Shown piece after piece: positions 1 to 8,762 of a stretch of DNA of 16,035 nt. The notes below the pieces were generated by a model. It was not told the origin of the DNA. It did not search any database and saw nothing but the letters and a program-made list of their open reading frames with translations. A program made the position numbers and the translations under genes. Position 1 is the first letter of the stretch. Every line of letters starts with the position of its first letter. The stretch comes from Polyangiales bacterium (GTDB lineage Bacteria > Myxococcota_A > Polyangia > Polyangiales > Houyiibacteriaceae), in assembly GCA_045106895.1 (NCBI GenBank), contig JBGCFM010000181.1, positions 1 to 16,035 on the forward strand, in the 5' to 3' direction.

Positions 1-3000
1 TCAGCGAGTGACCGGTGTCTCCACCATGTCGATCTGGCTGAGCTCGCGAACCATCTGTGCGTAGTCCGCGTAGTCGCCCGCGGGGATGACCGCGTTCTGC
101 ACACGAATGGAGCGCTCGATGACGATGTCCGCGCCCTCTTGGAGAACACGGCGTGCGTAACGAATATTGCCTCGTTCCACCGCCACGGGCGGCTGCGATG
201 CCTGTCCGCCGTGGATCACGACGCGGACGTCTTGAGCGAACGCGGGGACGCCCATCGAAGTCGTACGCGAAGGCAGCGACGCTTGCTGCGCCGCCAAGTT
301 CGTCGGAAAGAGCGGCGGGACAAGGAGCGAGTCACCCGGACCTCGACGACCGAAGTTTGGAATTCGCGCTCTGTATCGCAGGACAAAGGGCTGACGGACA
401 TCTTCCGCGCCGTCGACCTCCAGGGCGATGACATCGGCGCCGGGAAGCACGCGGGGCACAAACCCCTCACTGAGCAGACGCTCCAGCTCCGCAGGCGGCA
501 GCCGCTCGATCTCGCGACGCCAAGCGAGGGCGCCCATCCCGAAGAACTGCTGCTCCACTTCAAGGAGCGCGTCGTTCCCTTCGAAACGCATATCGACCTG
601 GACCGAGAGCACATCGGCTCCCGCGCCAACATCGGGAATCGTGACGCGGCTCATCGTCTCGTTTCCGAGAACCACGACGCCGCTTTGCCCACGCAGGCCC
701 GGGGGAATGTAGTCGTAGGGGGCATGCCGGCCATCGGCCCACACGATGAAAGGCTCGCCGCTCTCGGGGACCACCTGAAGGAGCAGCCCTTCGTAGATTC
801 CGCCCGTAGCCAGGGGACCTGGCTCCATCGTTCCGAACTGACGCACAACCAAGAGCCGGGCGTCGAGGCCCGCGAGGGTCAGAAGGTAACGAAGCACACG
901 GCTTCGGTCGCCTCGCTCGGCTGCGACCATGAGCGGGGCAATCGCCGTGAGGCCTTGTGCAGGTTCGATGTTCTCGGTGACCCAAGCGTGAAGTCGAGCC
1001 GTGACGTCCTGGGGGGACTGTGCTTCGCCGACGAGACGGCGGACCAAGCGCATAGCGGCGGGGTCGACGGGGTCACGGCCCAAGAGTGCTTCGCGCAAGG
1101 GCGGGAAGAACGACTCCCAGTCCGCATCGATACCGAAGCGGAGCGTGGGGCGGTACGGAGGAACCGGAACCGCGTTAGGCTCCGGCGGGCGGGATGGCAC
1201 GTGCTCCATCGTCCAGGTCATGATCTTCAGGTCGCCGTCCTGGCGAATGCTCGCCTCGGGCGTTCCCCCGAGCGCTTCGACGACGACCTCTACGCCGCTT
1301 GGAACGACCGCGACCATCTGAGAGAACGCGAAGGGGTGCTGCGAGCTGTCGAAGCTCCACCCTGGGCTTCGAAAGCCTCCGTTGTAGAGCGGCGCGCCTC
1401 CGGTGACGTATTCGTATTCCACGTAGTCACCGATGCCGAGCTCCGACATGGGGATGGTGTCGAGTCCGCGAATCGACTCCGGCTCGAGCTGGCGACCGTC
1501 GGGCTTGATCGAACGGAGGGTGAGAATCTGTCCGCCGAGGGAAAGCTGGCCGAGGCGCTCGATGGCTTCCTCGCTCTGCACCTTGTAGATCTGATGCACG
1601 AGATTGCGCGCCGAACCATCTGGGTAAACGCGCGTCACCATGTAGTCGAAGACGAGTACCTCCGTCGCGTCCGTGTGCTGAACGTCGCCGTTCTCATAGC
1701 GTTCGATGATCTCGAGGCCGTCCTGCCGGTAGGGTTCCAGGTCGTCGCGCCCCGTGAGGTCGCGCCGGAGCGGGCGAAGGCTCGCCATTTCCTCAGGCTG
1801 GCTGTCGAATGCGGCATCCAAGATGCGCACCGCTTCTCCTCGCCGACCCGCAGCCAAGGCTTCATCCACGGCACGGAGCGTTTGGCTCGGCGTAGGGCGT
1901 TCACTCTCCGCGTCGATGGTGCGCCGAATCGCTTCGGCGGCTTCGGTGTTCCCCGTGGCGAGGGCAAGCTCAAGTCGAAGCGTGCGGAGCTCGTCGGGCT
2001 CTTCGAAGAGCGGCTCCAGACGAGCGATCTCTGCTTCGGCTTCTTCCCAGCGTCGCTGACGCACGAAGAGCCGGTAGCGTTCCGCCGACGTCGCGTCACA
2101 CGCGACGACGGACTCCACGAGGGCGTTCGCTTCAGCCACGCGCTGCTGGCTTCTGTAGAGTTCCCGGAGCTGAGCAACCAGCCCGCACTCGTCGGGGAAA
2201 CGTTCGCGAAGTCGGACCAGAACCTCTTCGGCGTCCGTGAGCTGGTCTTGCTGACGCAACACGTTGGTGAGCGCGAGCTGAGCGCCGAGGACGTCGGGCC
2301 AGCGCTCGGCGACGGCGCGAATCTGCTGCGCCTGTTCGACGGTCCCCTGTTCGTTTTGGGCGCTAGCGAGGGCCGCGTACACCGCTGAGGTGTCCTGCTC
2401 CGCGATCTGCGTGATGAGTCGCGTCTCGAGTTCGCCGGTTCGCTCCGCCGTAATGAACGGATCAGAACGGACAACGCGACGGTAGACCTCAAGGGCCAAG
2501 GGCGGCAGCTCGAAGGAAGCGATGGGGTCGAAGGCCTCGCGTGCGCCGACGTTGTCGGAGCGCGAGAGCAAGATCAGCGTGCGAAGAACGCGCTCGAAGG
2601 ATCCGTTCGGCTCACCGTCGAGGCTCGCGCCACGCGAAGGCTCGTAGGATTGTCCAAGACGCCCCGGCCAGTCGAGAATGACCTCGGCGCGGGCTGCGCC
2701 GCGGGCCGTCAGCTTGAGTTCGACCTCGTGGCGACCCGCGCTGAGCTCGACGGGAATGTGAATCCGTCGAGCGTAGAGGCCCTGGCGACGATCGAGGGCG
2801 TGTACCAACTCGCCATCGACGAAGAGCTTAAACGCGCTCCCGGTTCCGACGACGAACACGTGTCGCCCGGCGTTTTCGACTTCCACGAAGGTCTCGGCGA
2901 TGGTGGTTCCAGCGCCGGACACCTCGCCGCCGGTGAAGCGGAGCGCGCATCCTTGGGACTCGACTTCGAAGACCGCGTCTTCGCCTCGTCCGACGCCCAA

Positions 3001-3693
3001 GTCGTAGCGCTCCGCAAGTGGGCCACGGCCGAGCGCCGGCTGCTCATCGTCGTAGGTGCTCATTGGAAGCGGGCCGAAGGGACCGACGGCGCGCCAACCT
3101 TCCACAAGACAGCCGCCTCGCGCGGCTGCCGCCCTACCCGCGGCGTGGTCGCCGCGGCGCCAAGCGAGCTGACGCCGGAGGCTCGCCGCCCAGCGCACGG
3201 CGGGCTCTCCGAGAGCCCCTGGGTTTGCCAAGAGCGAGTCGAGGAGGGGAAGCACACGCTCTTCATAGCGAGGCGTTCCGCCCCACTGGGCGACCATCAT
3301 CGTCAGCGCGTATTCGGCGTGGTGAGCGGCCTCATCCGTGGGAAGCTCTTTGGCAACTTCGACGACTCGAATTGCCACGTCGAGAGCCGCGGAGTGCTCA
3401 CCGTGGAAGTCGTGAACGAGGGCACGCATCAAGAGCAGCGAGGTGTCCGTCGGGCGCTGCTGCAGGCTCGCATCGAGGCCGCGGACGGCAGCATCCATGT
3501 CGCCGCCGGGCCAGAACAGCTCCGCTTCGGCGAGCTGTCGTTGGAGCTCCTGGTTGTTCGCGTCATCCGCGGCTTGTGCGCGAAGCGCCTCGAGGGGACT
3601 CACATCACCGGCGTTCGCCGAACGGGAGCGTGCGCCACCGCAAGCGCTCAATAGGGCAGCGAACAAAGCAGCCGCTGTTGTCAGACGGTTCAT
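1..3693 (-). CDS. Lipoprotein with jelly-roll domain, TPR-like helical region, DUF3857 and degenerate transglutaminase-like domain (1230 aa)
   Basis: The ORF is complete, with TGA at 1-3 and a GGAGG RBS. It has a lipobox LSA-C18 and a beta-sandwich segment (WRAVGPF...FKLFVDGELV...GRHEVELKL) followed by helical repeats. A DUF3857-like segment follows (VYPDGS...HQIYKVQ...KPDG...LGIGDYVEYEY). The TGase-like core reads LHAWVTENI...RGDRSRVLRYLLTLAGLDARL, with no catalytic Cys. Confidence 0.85.
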   Translation of the reverse strand: MNRLTTAAALFAALLSACGGARSRSANAGDVSPLEALRAQAADDANNQELQRQLAEAELFWPGGDMDAAVRGLDASLQQRPTDTSLLLMRALVHDFHGEHSAALDVAIRVVEVAKELPTDEAAHHAEYALTMMVAQWGGTPRYEERVLPLLDSLLANPGALGEPAVRWAASLRRQLAWRRGDHAAGRAAAARGGCLVEGWRAVGPFGPLPMSTYDDEQPALGRGPLAERYDLGVGRGEDAVFEVESQGCALRFTGGEVSGAGTTIAETFVEVENAGRHVFVVGTGSAFKLFVDGELVHALDRRQGLYARRIHIPVELSAGRHEVELKLTARGAARAEVILDWPGRLGQSYEPSRGASLDGEPNGSFERVLRTLILLSRSDNVGAREAFDPIASFELPPLALEVYRRVVRSDPFITAERTGELETRLITQIAEQDTSAVYAALASAQNEQGTVEQAQQIRAVAERWPDVLGAQLALTNVLRQQDQLTDAEEVLVRLRERFPDECGLVAQLRELYRSQQRVAEANALVESVVACDATSAERYRLFVRQRRWEEAEAEIARLEPLFEEPDELRTLRLELALATGNTEAAEAIRRTIDAESERPTPSQTLRAVDEALAAGRRGEAVRILDAAFDSQPEEMASLRPLRRDLTGRDDLEPYRQDGLEIIERYENGDVQHTDATEVLVFDYMVTRVYPDGSARNLVHQIYKVQSEEAIERLGQLSLGGQILTLRSIKPDGRQLEPESIRGLDTIPMSELGIGDYVEYEYVTGGAPLYNGGFRSPGWSFDSSQHPFAFSQMVAVVPSGVEVVVEALGGTPEASIRQDGDLKIMTWTMEHVPSRPPEPNAVPVPPYRPTLRFGIDADWESFFPPLREALLGRDPVDPAAMRLVRRLVGEAQSPQDVTARLHAWVTENIEPAQGLTAIAPLMVAAERGDRSRVLRYLLTLAGLDARLLVVRQFGTMEPGPLATGGIYEGLLLQVVPESGEPFIVWADGRHAPYDYIPPGLRGQSGVVVLGNETMSRVTIPDVGAGADVLSVQVDMRFEGNDALLEVEQQFFGMGALAWRREIERLPPAELERLLSEGFVPRVLPGADVIALEVDGAEDVRQPFVLRYRARIPNFGRRGPGDSLLVPPLFPTNLAAQQASLPSRTTSMGVPAFAQDVRVVIHGGQASQPPVAVERGNIRYARRVLQEGADIVIERSIRVQNAVIPAGDYADYAQMVRELSQIDMVETPVTR

Positions 3694-6600
3694 TGTGCAC
3701 CTCCGAAGGAGATTCGTTCTCGTAGCAAGACGTCGGCCTCTTGAATGAAACGTCTGAACGCCGGGTAGTCCTCGGCGCTGACGCGGTGTGTCGCGAGCTC
3801 AAATACGCATCGCACGATGATGTTCTGACCCTGACGGGTGTAGGAGATGGTGAGGGAGCCGAACTCGGAGCGCGCTTCGCCGCCGCTCGGCAGAGCCGAG
3901 ACCGTGGCGCCACGTGGGATTCGAATCGAGCGCGACTCAACGTGTCGACGCGGCGGTCCGAGCTCTAGCGTGTGTCGACGCGTCGGGGCCGGCGTGTAGG
4001 CTCGCGTGAGGTTGCCCATGGAAGCGGGCGCGACGAGAAGGTTTGCGCCGCTGCGCTCCGCGAACTGCGGAACGCGTCCTTCCCAGTGCACTCGAGGAGA
4101 CGACTCGTAGGCGTCGAGGTTCTCGAAACGATGACTCGACAGCTCAATACCGCTGAAGCCCTGCGCGAGCTCTCTCTGGAGGCGCTCCGCTTGAAGACCC
4201 GCCGCCTCATACTGAGAGCGGTAAGACGACGCGCTCGTGCCCTGAATCTGTTCGTCGCCACGGACCTCCGCCGATCCGTCCAAGGCGAGGGTCACGTTGA
4301 GTTCACGCGTGCGCACGTTGCGACTCGCGGGCAACACGGGCGTGGCTCGGAGTTCAGCGCTCTCAGGACCGACGAGCAGAGTCACAGTTCCTTGGTCCAT
4401 CGCCGGCAGCTCTGTCGTCCCGTTCATCTCGGCGGTGCCGTCGAGGAAGAGGTCGAACTGAGGCACATAAGCGATGGCGTGGTCGAAGATAGCGAGGCTC
4501 GCGGGAGCCGGGTTGATGGCCCCGTTGCGGCGCGTGCGAATCAAAGCGATGCGCGCGTCGACTCCGGCGATGGTGAGCATGGCGTAGATGAGCGACGCCT
4601 TGTCTTTGCAGTCACCAAACCCGCGCCGAACGATCTGCGTGACCCGGTAGGGCTTAAAGCCGTGGATACCGAACTCGAGACCGACGTAACGTGTGTTTCG
4701 AATCACCCAATCGTAGATGCGCGTCACCTTCTCGCGGTCGTTGGCTGCACCGGCGACGAGCTCAAGGGTCGTGCGTCGCAGCGAGTCGTCCGGGATGAGC
4801 TGGTCTTGGACCAGACCCCACCACCAACGGCCTACATCCTCCCAGCTCCGGTACGTGGACACGTGCAAGTAAGGACGGGTCTCCGCTGGACCCGGCATAT
4901 GAGATTCGGTGCGGAGGGCGGGAACATCCGTGGCCACGAAGCGGTGCACGTTGTTCTCGCCGCGCTGCTCGACGGTCCGCTCAAGGCCGCGAAGCGTTGG
5001 TTCGTTGAAGTAAAACTCGCGGCTCCGCGGGGTGATGAGAACATGTTCAAGGCGACGCGTCGGCGAAGCCTGCTGCAGGTAACGAATGTTCCCGTAGTAG
5101 TTGTTGAACATATTTCGCCGACTCACGTCTTCGACCCGGTATCGAATCTCCACCGTGTCTCCGGGCTGCAGCTGCGGCAGGTTGATGACGAGCGCGCGGG
5201 TGTCGTAGTAGATGCGGTAACGACTGTCTCCGAGAGACTGTTCGGATGTGTTGTTGGCGTCAACGATGGTCCCGTCGGCCCGATGCACCTTCGCCGAACG
5301 CACCTCGACCCACTGCTGACCGGGCTCGTAGGTAATCGGGAAACGGCTCATGCCTCGTGCGCCCTCCTCGTCATGCACCTGGTAGGCGACCTGGTGGAAG
5401 TTGGAGCTAAGCCCCGTTTCGAAAACCGTCGCGACCTGAAGGTTGTGGAGCATCGTTGAATGCCACTCGTTGCTATCGCTTCGGCGCGACAGAATCTCCT
5501 CCGTCGACGTGGCCCACGCCTCGTCCACTCGCTCGCGCGGCTGCAGGCGATCCATGAGTTGCCGTGTCGCGGCGTCCTGCGGACGAAGAGCGAGGACCTG
5601 GCGGAAGCTCTCGATGGCAAGCCGCTCCTGACCGATGCGAAGAAGCGCCCGACCGAGGCGAGCATGGTGGGCGGCTTCGTCCGGCGCGTAGGCGATGATC
5701 TGGTGGTAGATGGCGAGGGCTTCGTCGTGACGACCGAGCCCCTCGTAGACAGACGCGGCGTACTGAAGCGTGCGCGGGTCTGCTGGGTCCAAAGCGCGAA
5801 GCTGGTCGAGGTGAGCGAATAGCTCATCCGATGCGCCACGTTCGTAGGCGTCGTCCATGAACTCCATGCGGAGCTGGGAGTCGTCTTGGACGTTCTCGAG
5901 CACCTCACGCTTTACAGCCCAGGACGCTTCGATCTCACCAACGACGCTGAGCGCGGCGGCGAGACGATAGCGCCAGCGGATGGCGTTTCCTGTACGCGCC
6001 GCCGCCTGACGAATCAGGGCGCCGGCTGCCTGCCGGAGATTGTGTTGTTCCAGGAGACTGGTGCGAAGCCACGCCGCTTCGAGACCCGTCGTTGTTGTCA
6101 TCGGGATGGACTCAAGCATCCGCAGCGCTCGGCCGCTGTCGGGGCCCGTGGCGATCAAACGAATACGTGCAAGGCGGACCTCCGCGTCGCGCGGTGCGCG
6201 CTCTTCCGCCTGGGCGACAAAACGCATCCGTTCGGCGCGGCTTTCCGCCAGTTCCGCGGCGTAGAGCAGATGTTCAGCGTTTGGTCGAAGCTCGGCGGCG
6301 CGCTCCGCGAGTTGGCGAGACTTGCGATCCGCCGGGTCGTCGGCGCCGGTCCAGGCCAGGTAACGGGCCAGGTCGAAGTGCGCCGCAACGTCGTCTTCGT
6401 CGGCTTCAACGCGAGCGCTCAAGAACGCGAGCGGCGCGTTCGGTGCCGTGGGCAAGCGAACGGGCGCGCCCGCGGCGGACGCCTCGGTGGCGCCACGGGC
6501 GTCGACATCATAGCCCTCGGGTGGACTTCCATCCGCCTCGCCAAGTCGCAGGTAGAAGCCCCACCGACGGTCCTGTACGCAGACCTTCACTAGAATTCGG

Positions 6601-7379
6601 TTGTGACCCTCGCGGGCGGAGAACACCGCCGCGCTTCGTTCGATGGCCGGCATTCGGTAGACGTCATCGCTCATGACCTCTTCGCCGTTTACCCAGACTT
6701 TGTAGGCGCCGCCGACGCCAGCCCAGAGCGACATCGGGCGCGCCCGATCCACATGCACGAAGGTCTCTGCGTAGGCGCAAGCGTTCTGGTAGGGCCGCAG
6801 CGTCGCGTCGAAGTCAACGAAGCCGAATCGGCCGAGGTCCTCGGGGTAGTCACGCCAATGCAGCGGTCGCACTTTGCCCGGGAAGCTGTCGTCGTCTGAG
6901 GCGACGGGCGCGTTGCGGCCGGTTTCGGGCGCGTATTCGCGCGCGAAGCCTTGTTTTCCTTCGTCGTCGAAGCCGCCGATGATGCGAAACGACGTCAAAA
7001 AACCGAGGCGTTCGAGCTGGGCGACGGCCTCGCTGTAGCGCCCGTCGCCGAGCATGCCGTAGGCCTGTTCCGTGGATGCCAGAACGCGGAGTGGCGCGGA
7101 GAGCCGGCGCTCCGTCGCGAGACGACCAAGCTCGCGCTGGACGAGCCCTGGACTGGCGTCACGCCGGAGGCCCTGAAGCTCCAAAAGCGGCACGACCCCT
7201 CTCGGAGTTCGGCCCGAGCGACGCACTTCGGAAGAGAGCCGACGAAGCTCACGGTCGTAGGGGTTCTGCTGCGCCTCAAGGGGAGCGGCAGAGGACGCCA
7301 GGACAAGCACGGCGAGGCAAAGGTTGGACAAACGCATCGCTGGCGAGAGTGCGATCCAGGAGACCTGGTGTCGACCCAT
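3690..7379 (-). CDS. Secreted protein with jelly-roll domain, TPR repeats, DUF3857 and transglutaminase-like (Cys-His-Asp) domain (1229 aa; alternative start ATG 7337)
   Basis: Sec signal MRLSNLCLAVLVLASSAAPLEA/QQ and canonical TPR (ALAIYHQIIAYAPDEAAHHARLGRALLRIGQERLAIESFRQVLALRP). DUF3857-like segment: AKVHRADG...LPQLQPGDTVEIRY. TGase core: IYDWVIRNTRYVGLEFGIHGFKPY...GFGDCKDKASL...FDHAIAYV...FLDGT. Its stop overlaps the downstream start (ATGA 3690-3693). Confidence 0.9.
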   Translation of the reverse strand: MGRHQVSWIALSPAMRLSNLCLAVLVLASSAAPLEAQQNPYDRELRRLSSEVRRSGRTPRGVVPLLELQGLRRDASPGLVQRELGRLATERRLSAPLRVLASTEQAYGMLGDGRYSEAVAQLERLGFLTSFRIIGGFDDEGKQGFAREYAPETGRNAPVASDDDSFPGKVRPLHWRDYPEDLGRFGFVDFDATLRPYQNACAYAETFVHVDRARPMSLWAGVGGAYKVWVNGEEVMSDDVYRMPAIERSAAVFSAREGHNRILVKVCVQDRRWGFYLRLGEADGSPPEGYDVDARGATEASAAGAPVRLPTAPNAPLAFLSARVEADEDDVAAHFDLARYLAWTGADDPADRKSRQLAERAAELRPNAEHLLYAAELAESRAERMRFVAQAEERAPRDAEVRLARIRLIATGPDSGRALRMLESIPMTTTTGLEAAWLRTSLLEQHNLRQAAGALIRQAAARTGNAIRWRYRLAAALSVVGEIEASWAVKREVLENVQDDSQLRMEFMDDAYERGASDELFAHLDQLRALDPADPRTLQYAASVYEGLGRHDEALAIYHQIIAYAPDEAAHHARLGRALLRIGQERLAIESFRQVLALRPQDAATRQLMDRLQPRERVDEAWATSTEEILSRRSDSNEWHSTMLHNLQVATVFETGLSSNFHQVAYQVHDEEGARGMSRFPITYEPGQQWVEVRSAKVHRADGTIVDANNTSEQSLGDSRYRIYYDTRALVINLPQLQPGDTVEIRYRVEDVSRRNMFNNYYGNIRYLQQASPTRRLEHVLITPRSREFYFNEPTLRGLERTVEQRGENNVHRFVATDVPALRTESHMPGPAETRPYLHVSTYRSWEDVGRWWWGLVQDQLIPDDSLRRTTLELVAGAANDREKVTRIYDWVIRNTRYVGLEFGIHGFKPYRVTQIVRRGFGDCKDKASLIYAMLTIAGVDARIALIRTRRNGAINPAPASLAIFDHAIAYVPQFDLFLDGTAEMNGTTELPAMDQGTVTLLVGPESAELRATPVLPASRNVRTRELNVTLALDGSAEVRGDEQIQGTSASSYRSQYEAAGLQAERLQRELAQGFSGIELSSHRFENLDAYESSPRVHWEGRVPQFAERSGANLLVAPASMGNLTRAYTPAPTRRHTLELGPPRRHVESRSIRIPRGATVSALPSGGEARSEFGSLTISYTRQGQNIIVRCVFELATHRVSAEDYPAFRRFIQEADVLLRERISFGGAQ
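3700..3704 (-). promoter_or_regulatory. Shine-Dalgarno GGAGG for the 1..3693 gene
   Basis: The minus strand reads GGAGG-tgcaca-ATG (6-nt spacer), inside the 3' end of the upstream CDS. Confidence 0.75.
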
Positions 7380-7409
7380 AATGTACGACCTTAGCGCACA
7401 GTTAGCGCG

Positions 7410-8762
7410 TCAGGTGAGGATCTCGGTGCACGCGGAGGTGACCCGGCCGCCCCCGACGCCAAACTCACTGAGCGGCAGGCCCATGGCTTGGAGACACGAG
7501 AGCAATACTTTGGACGTATTCTCTCCCGCCGACCGGTAGTGAACCCCGGAACGAAGCGCGCCTCCGCCACGACCCGCCACCAAAATGGGGTAGTCGCCGA
7601 GAGAGTGCGGACGCCCCTCTGCGAGGTCGGAGCTCGCGAGGATCACGCAGCGGTCGAGGAGGTTTCCGTCGCCCTCCTCGAAGTCGCGAAGAATGCGCAC
7701 CATGTCGCCAAAGCGGTCGACGATGTAGCGAGTGATGGCCTGCACCATCGGCTGCTCGCCGCCCTCATCGTGGGTGAGCCCGTGATGACCGCCGGTGGTG
7801 CCGGGGAAGCGCTGCCCGCCGACGCTGCCGCTAAACATATTGGAGAACACGCGGGTCTGGTCACAGGCAAGCGCCATGGCCAGGACTTGAGCCATGGCGT
7901 TGTTTCGCTCGATCATCTCGTCGCGCCCAAACTCCGCCGCTGGCGTCGTCGGGATCGCACACGCCGCGAGAGGCGGTCGGTCGGGCATCGTCTCAAGGAC
8001 GGCGATGCGTTCCTCCAGCTCGCGAATGCTCGTCAGATGCTGATCGAGACGTCGCCGATCGACGACACCCACGCGGGCTCGCAGCGCGGCGGCGTCTTCC
8101 ATCACGGCGTCGAGGACGCTGCGACGAAGGGCAAGGCGCGGGTCCGCCTCCGGCGTCTCGCCGGGGTTGACGAAACCATCCGTGAACACGCGATTGAAGA
8201 ACGCCCGCGGTGAGTACTCGGGTTGGTTGAAGGAGTCTTCTCCATTGTGGGAGAGGTACGCGAGGGTTGAACCCTCCCCGCGGACAACGGACTCGCTGAT
8301 GCCGTACTCCAGAGAGCCATAGCGAGTGCCCGTCGCCACATGATCTTTGACGACCTGGTCGATGGTGGGCGCCGAGAAGGTGGACGCGTAGCCGGCGCCC
8401 ATCGGGTCCTGCGAGATCATTGGCGCACCCGAGAGAATGCCAACGCAGCCGGCATGATGACCACGCTCATTGCCCGTCCGTACGCTCATGCCGCTAACGA
8501 CGCTGACATAATCTTGAACGTCGGCGAGGCCGGCGAGTGCTGGACTGAGCGCGTAGCCCGCGCCGGTGGTGGCCGGGTTCCATTGGGCGAGGCGAACGCC
8601 GTTCCCCCAGAAGAAGACCCCGAATCGTTTCGGAAGCTCGTCGCCTTGGGCCAGTGCGTTTCCGTTGCTGTTGAGCATGCAGTCGAGCACAGGCAGAGCG
8701 AGGCATGTGGCGGAACCTGCGGCCAGGCTTCGAAGGAACGTCCGTCGTTTGAGGAACTTCAT
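7410..8762 (-). CDS. DUF1552-family protein with twin-arginine (Tat) signal (450 aa)
   Basis: N-terminus KRRTFLRSLAAGSATCLALPVLDCM. Family-typical motifs: PKRFGVFFWGNG, TIDQV, SLEYG, RRSVLDAV, DRRRLDQHLTSIRELEERI, LAMALACDQTRV, HHGLTH, EGDGNLLD, HS..DYPILVAG. It has an AGGAGA RBS at 8769-8774 and an ATGA overlap with the upstream DUF1592-type gene, which is the usual partner. Confidence 0.88.
   Translation of the reverse strand: MKFLKRRTFLRSLAAGSATCLALPVLDCMLNSNGNALAQGDELPKRFGVFFWGNGVRLAQWNPATTGAGYALSPALAGLADVQDYVSVVSGMSVRTGNERGHHAGCVGILSGAPMISQDPMGAGYASTFSAPTIDQVVKDHVATGTRYGSLEYGISESVVRGEGSTLAYLSHNGEDSFNQPEYSPRAFFNRVFTDGFVNPGETPEADPRLALRRSVLDAVMEDAAALRARVGVVDRRRLDQHLTSIRELEERIAVLETMPDRPPLAACAIPTTPAAEFGRDEMIERNNAMAQVLAMALACDQTRVFSNMFSGSVGGQRFPGTTGGHHGLTHDEGGEQPMVQAITRYIVDRFGDMVRILRDFEEGDGNLLDRCVILASSDLAEGRPHSLGDYPILVAGRGGGALRSGVHYRSAGENTSKVLLSCLQAMGLPLSEFGVGGGRVTSACTEILT

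Noticed and set aside
139..2388. 749-aa plus-strand ORF, and similar long ORFs at 2650-3654, 3972-5459, 9278-10381 and 14878-15732
   Set aside because: They lie antisense to well-supported genes and have no recognisable motifs. Such shadow ORFs are expected from high-GC codon bias.
1..3693. Treating the catalytically dead paralogue as a pseudogene
   Set aside because: The ORF is full length with no frameshift or internal stop, and the lipobox, RBS and translational coupling are intact.
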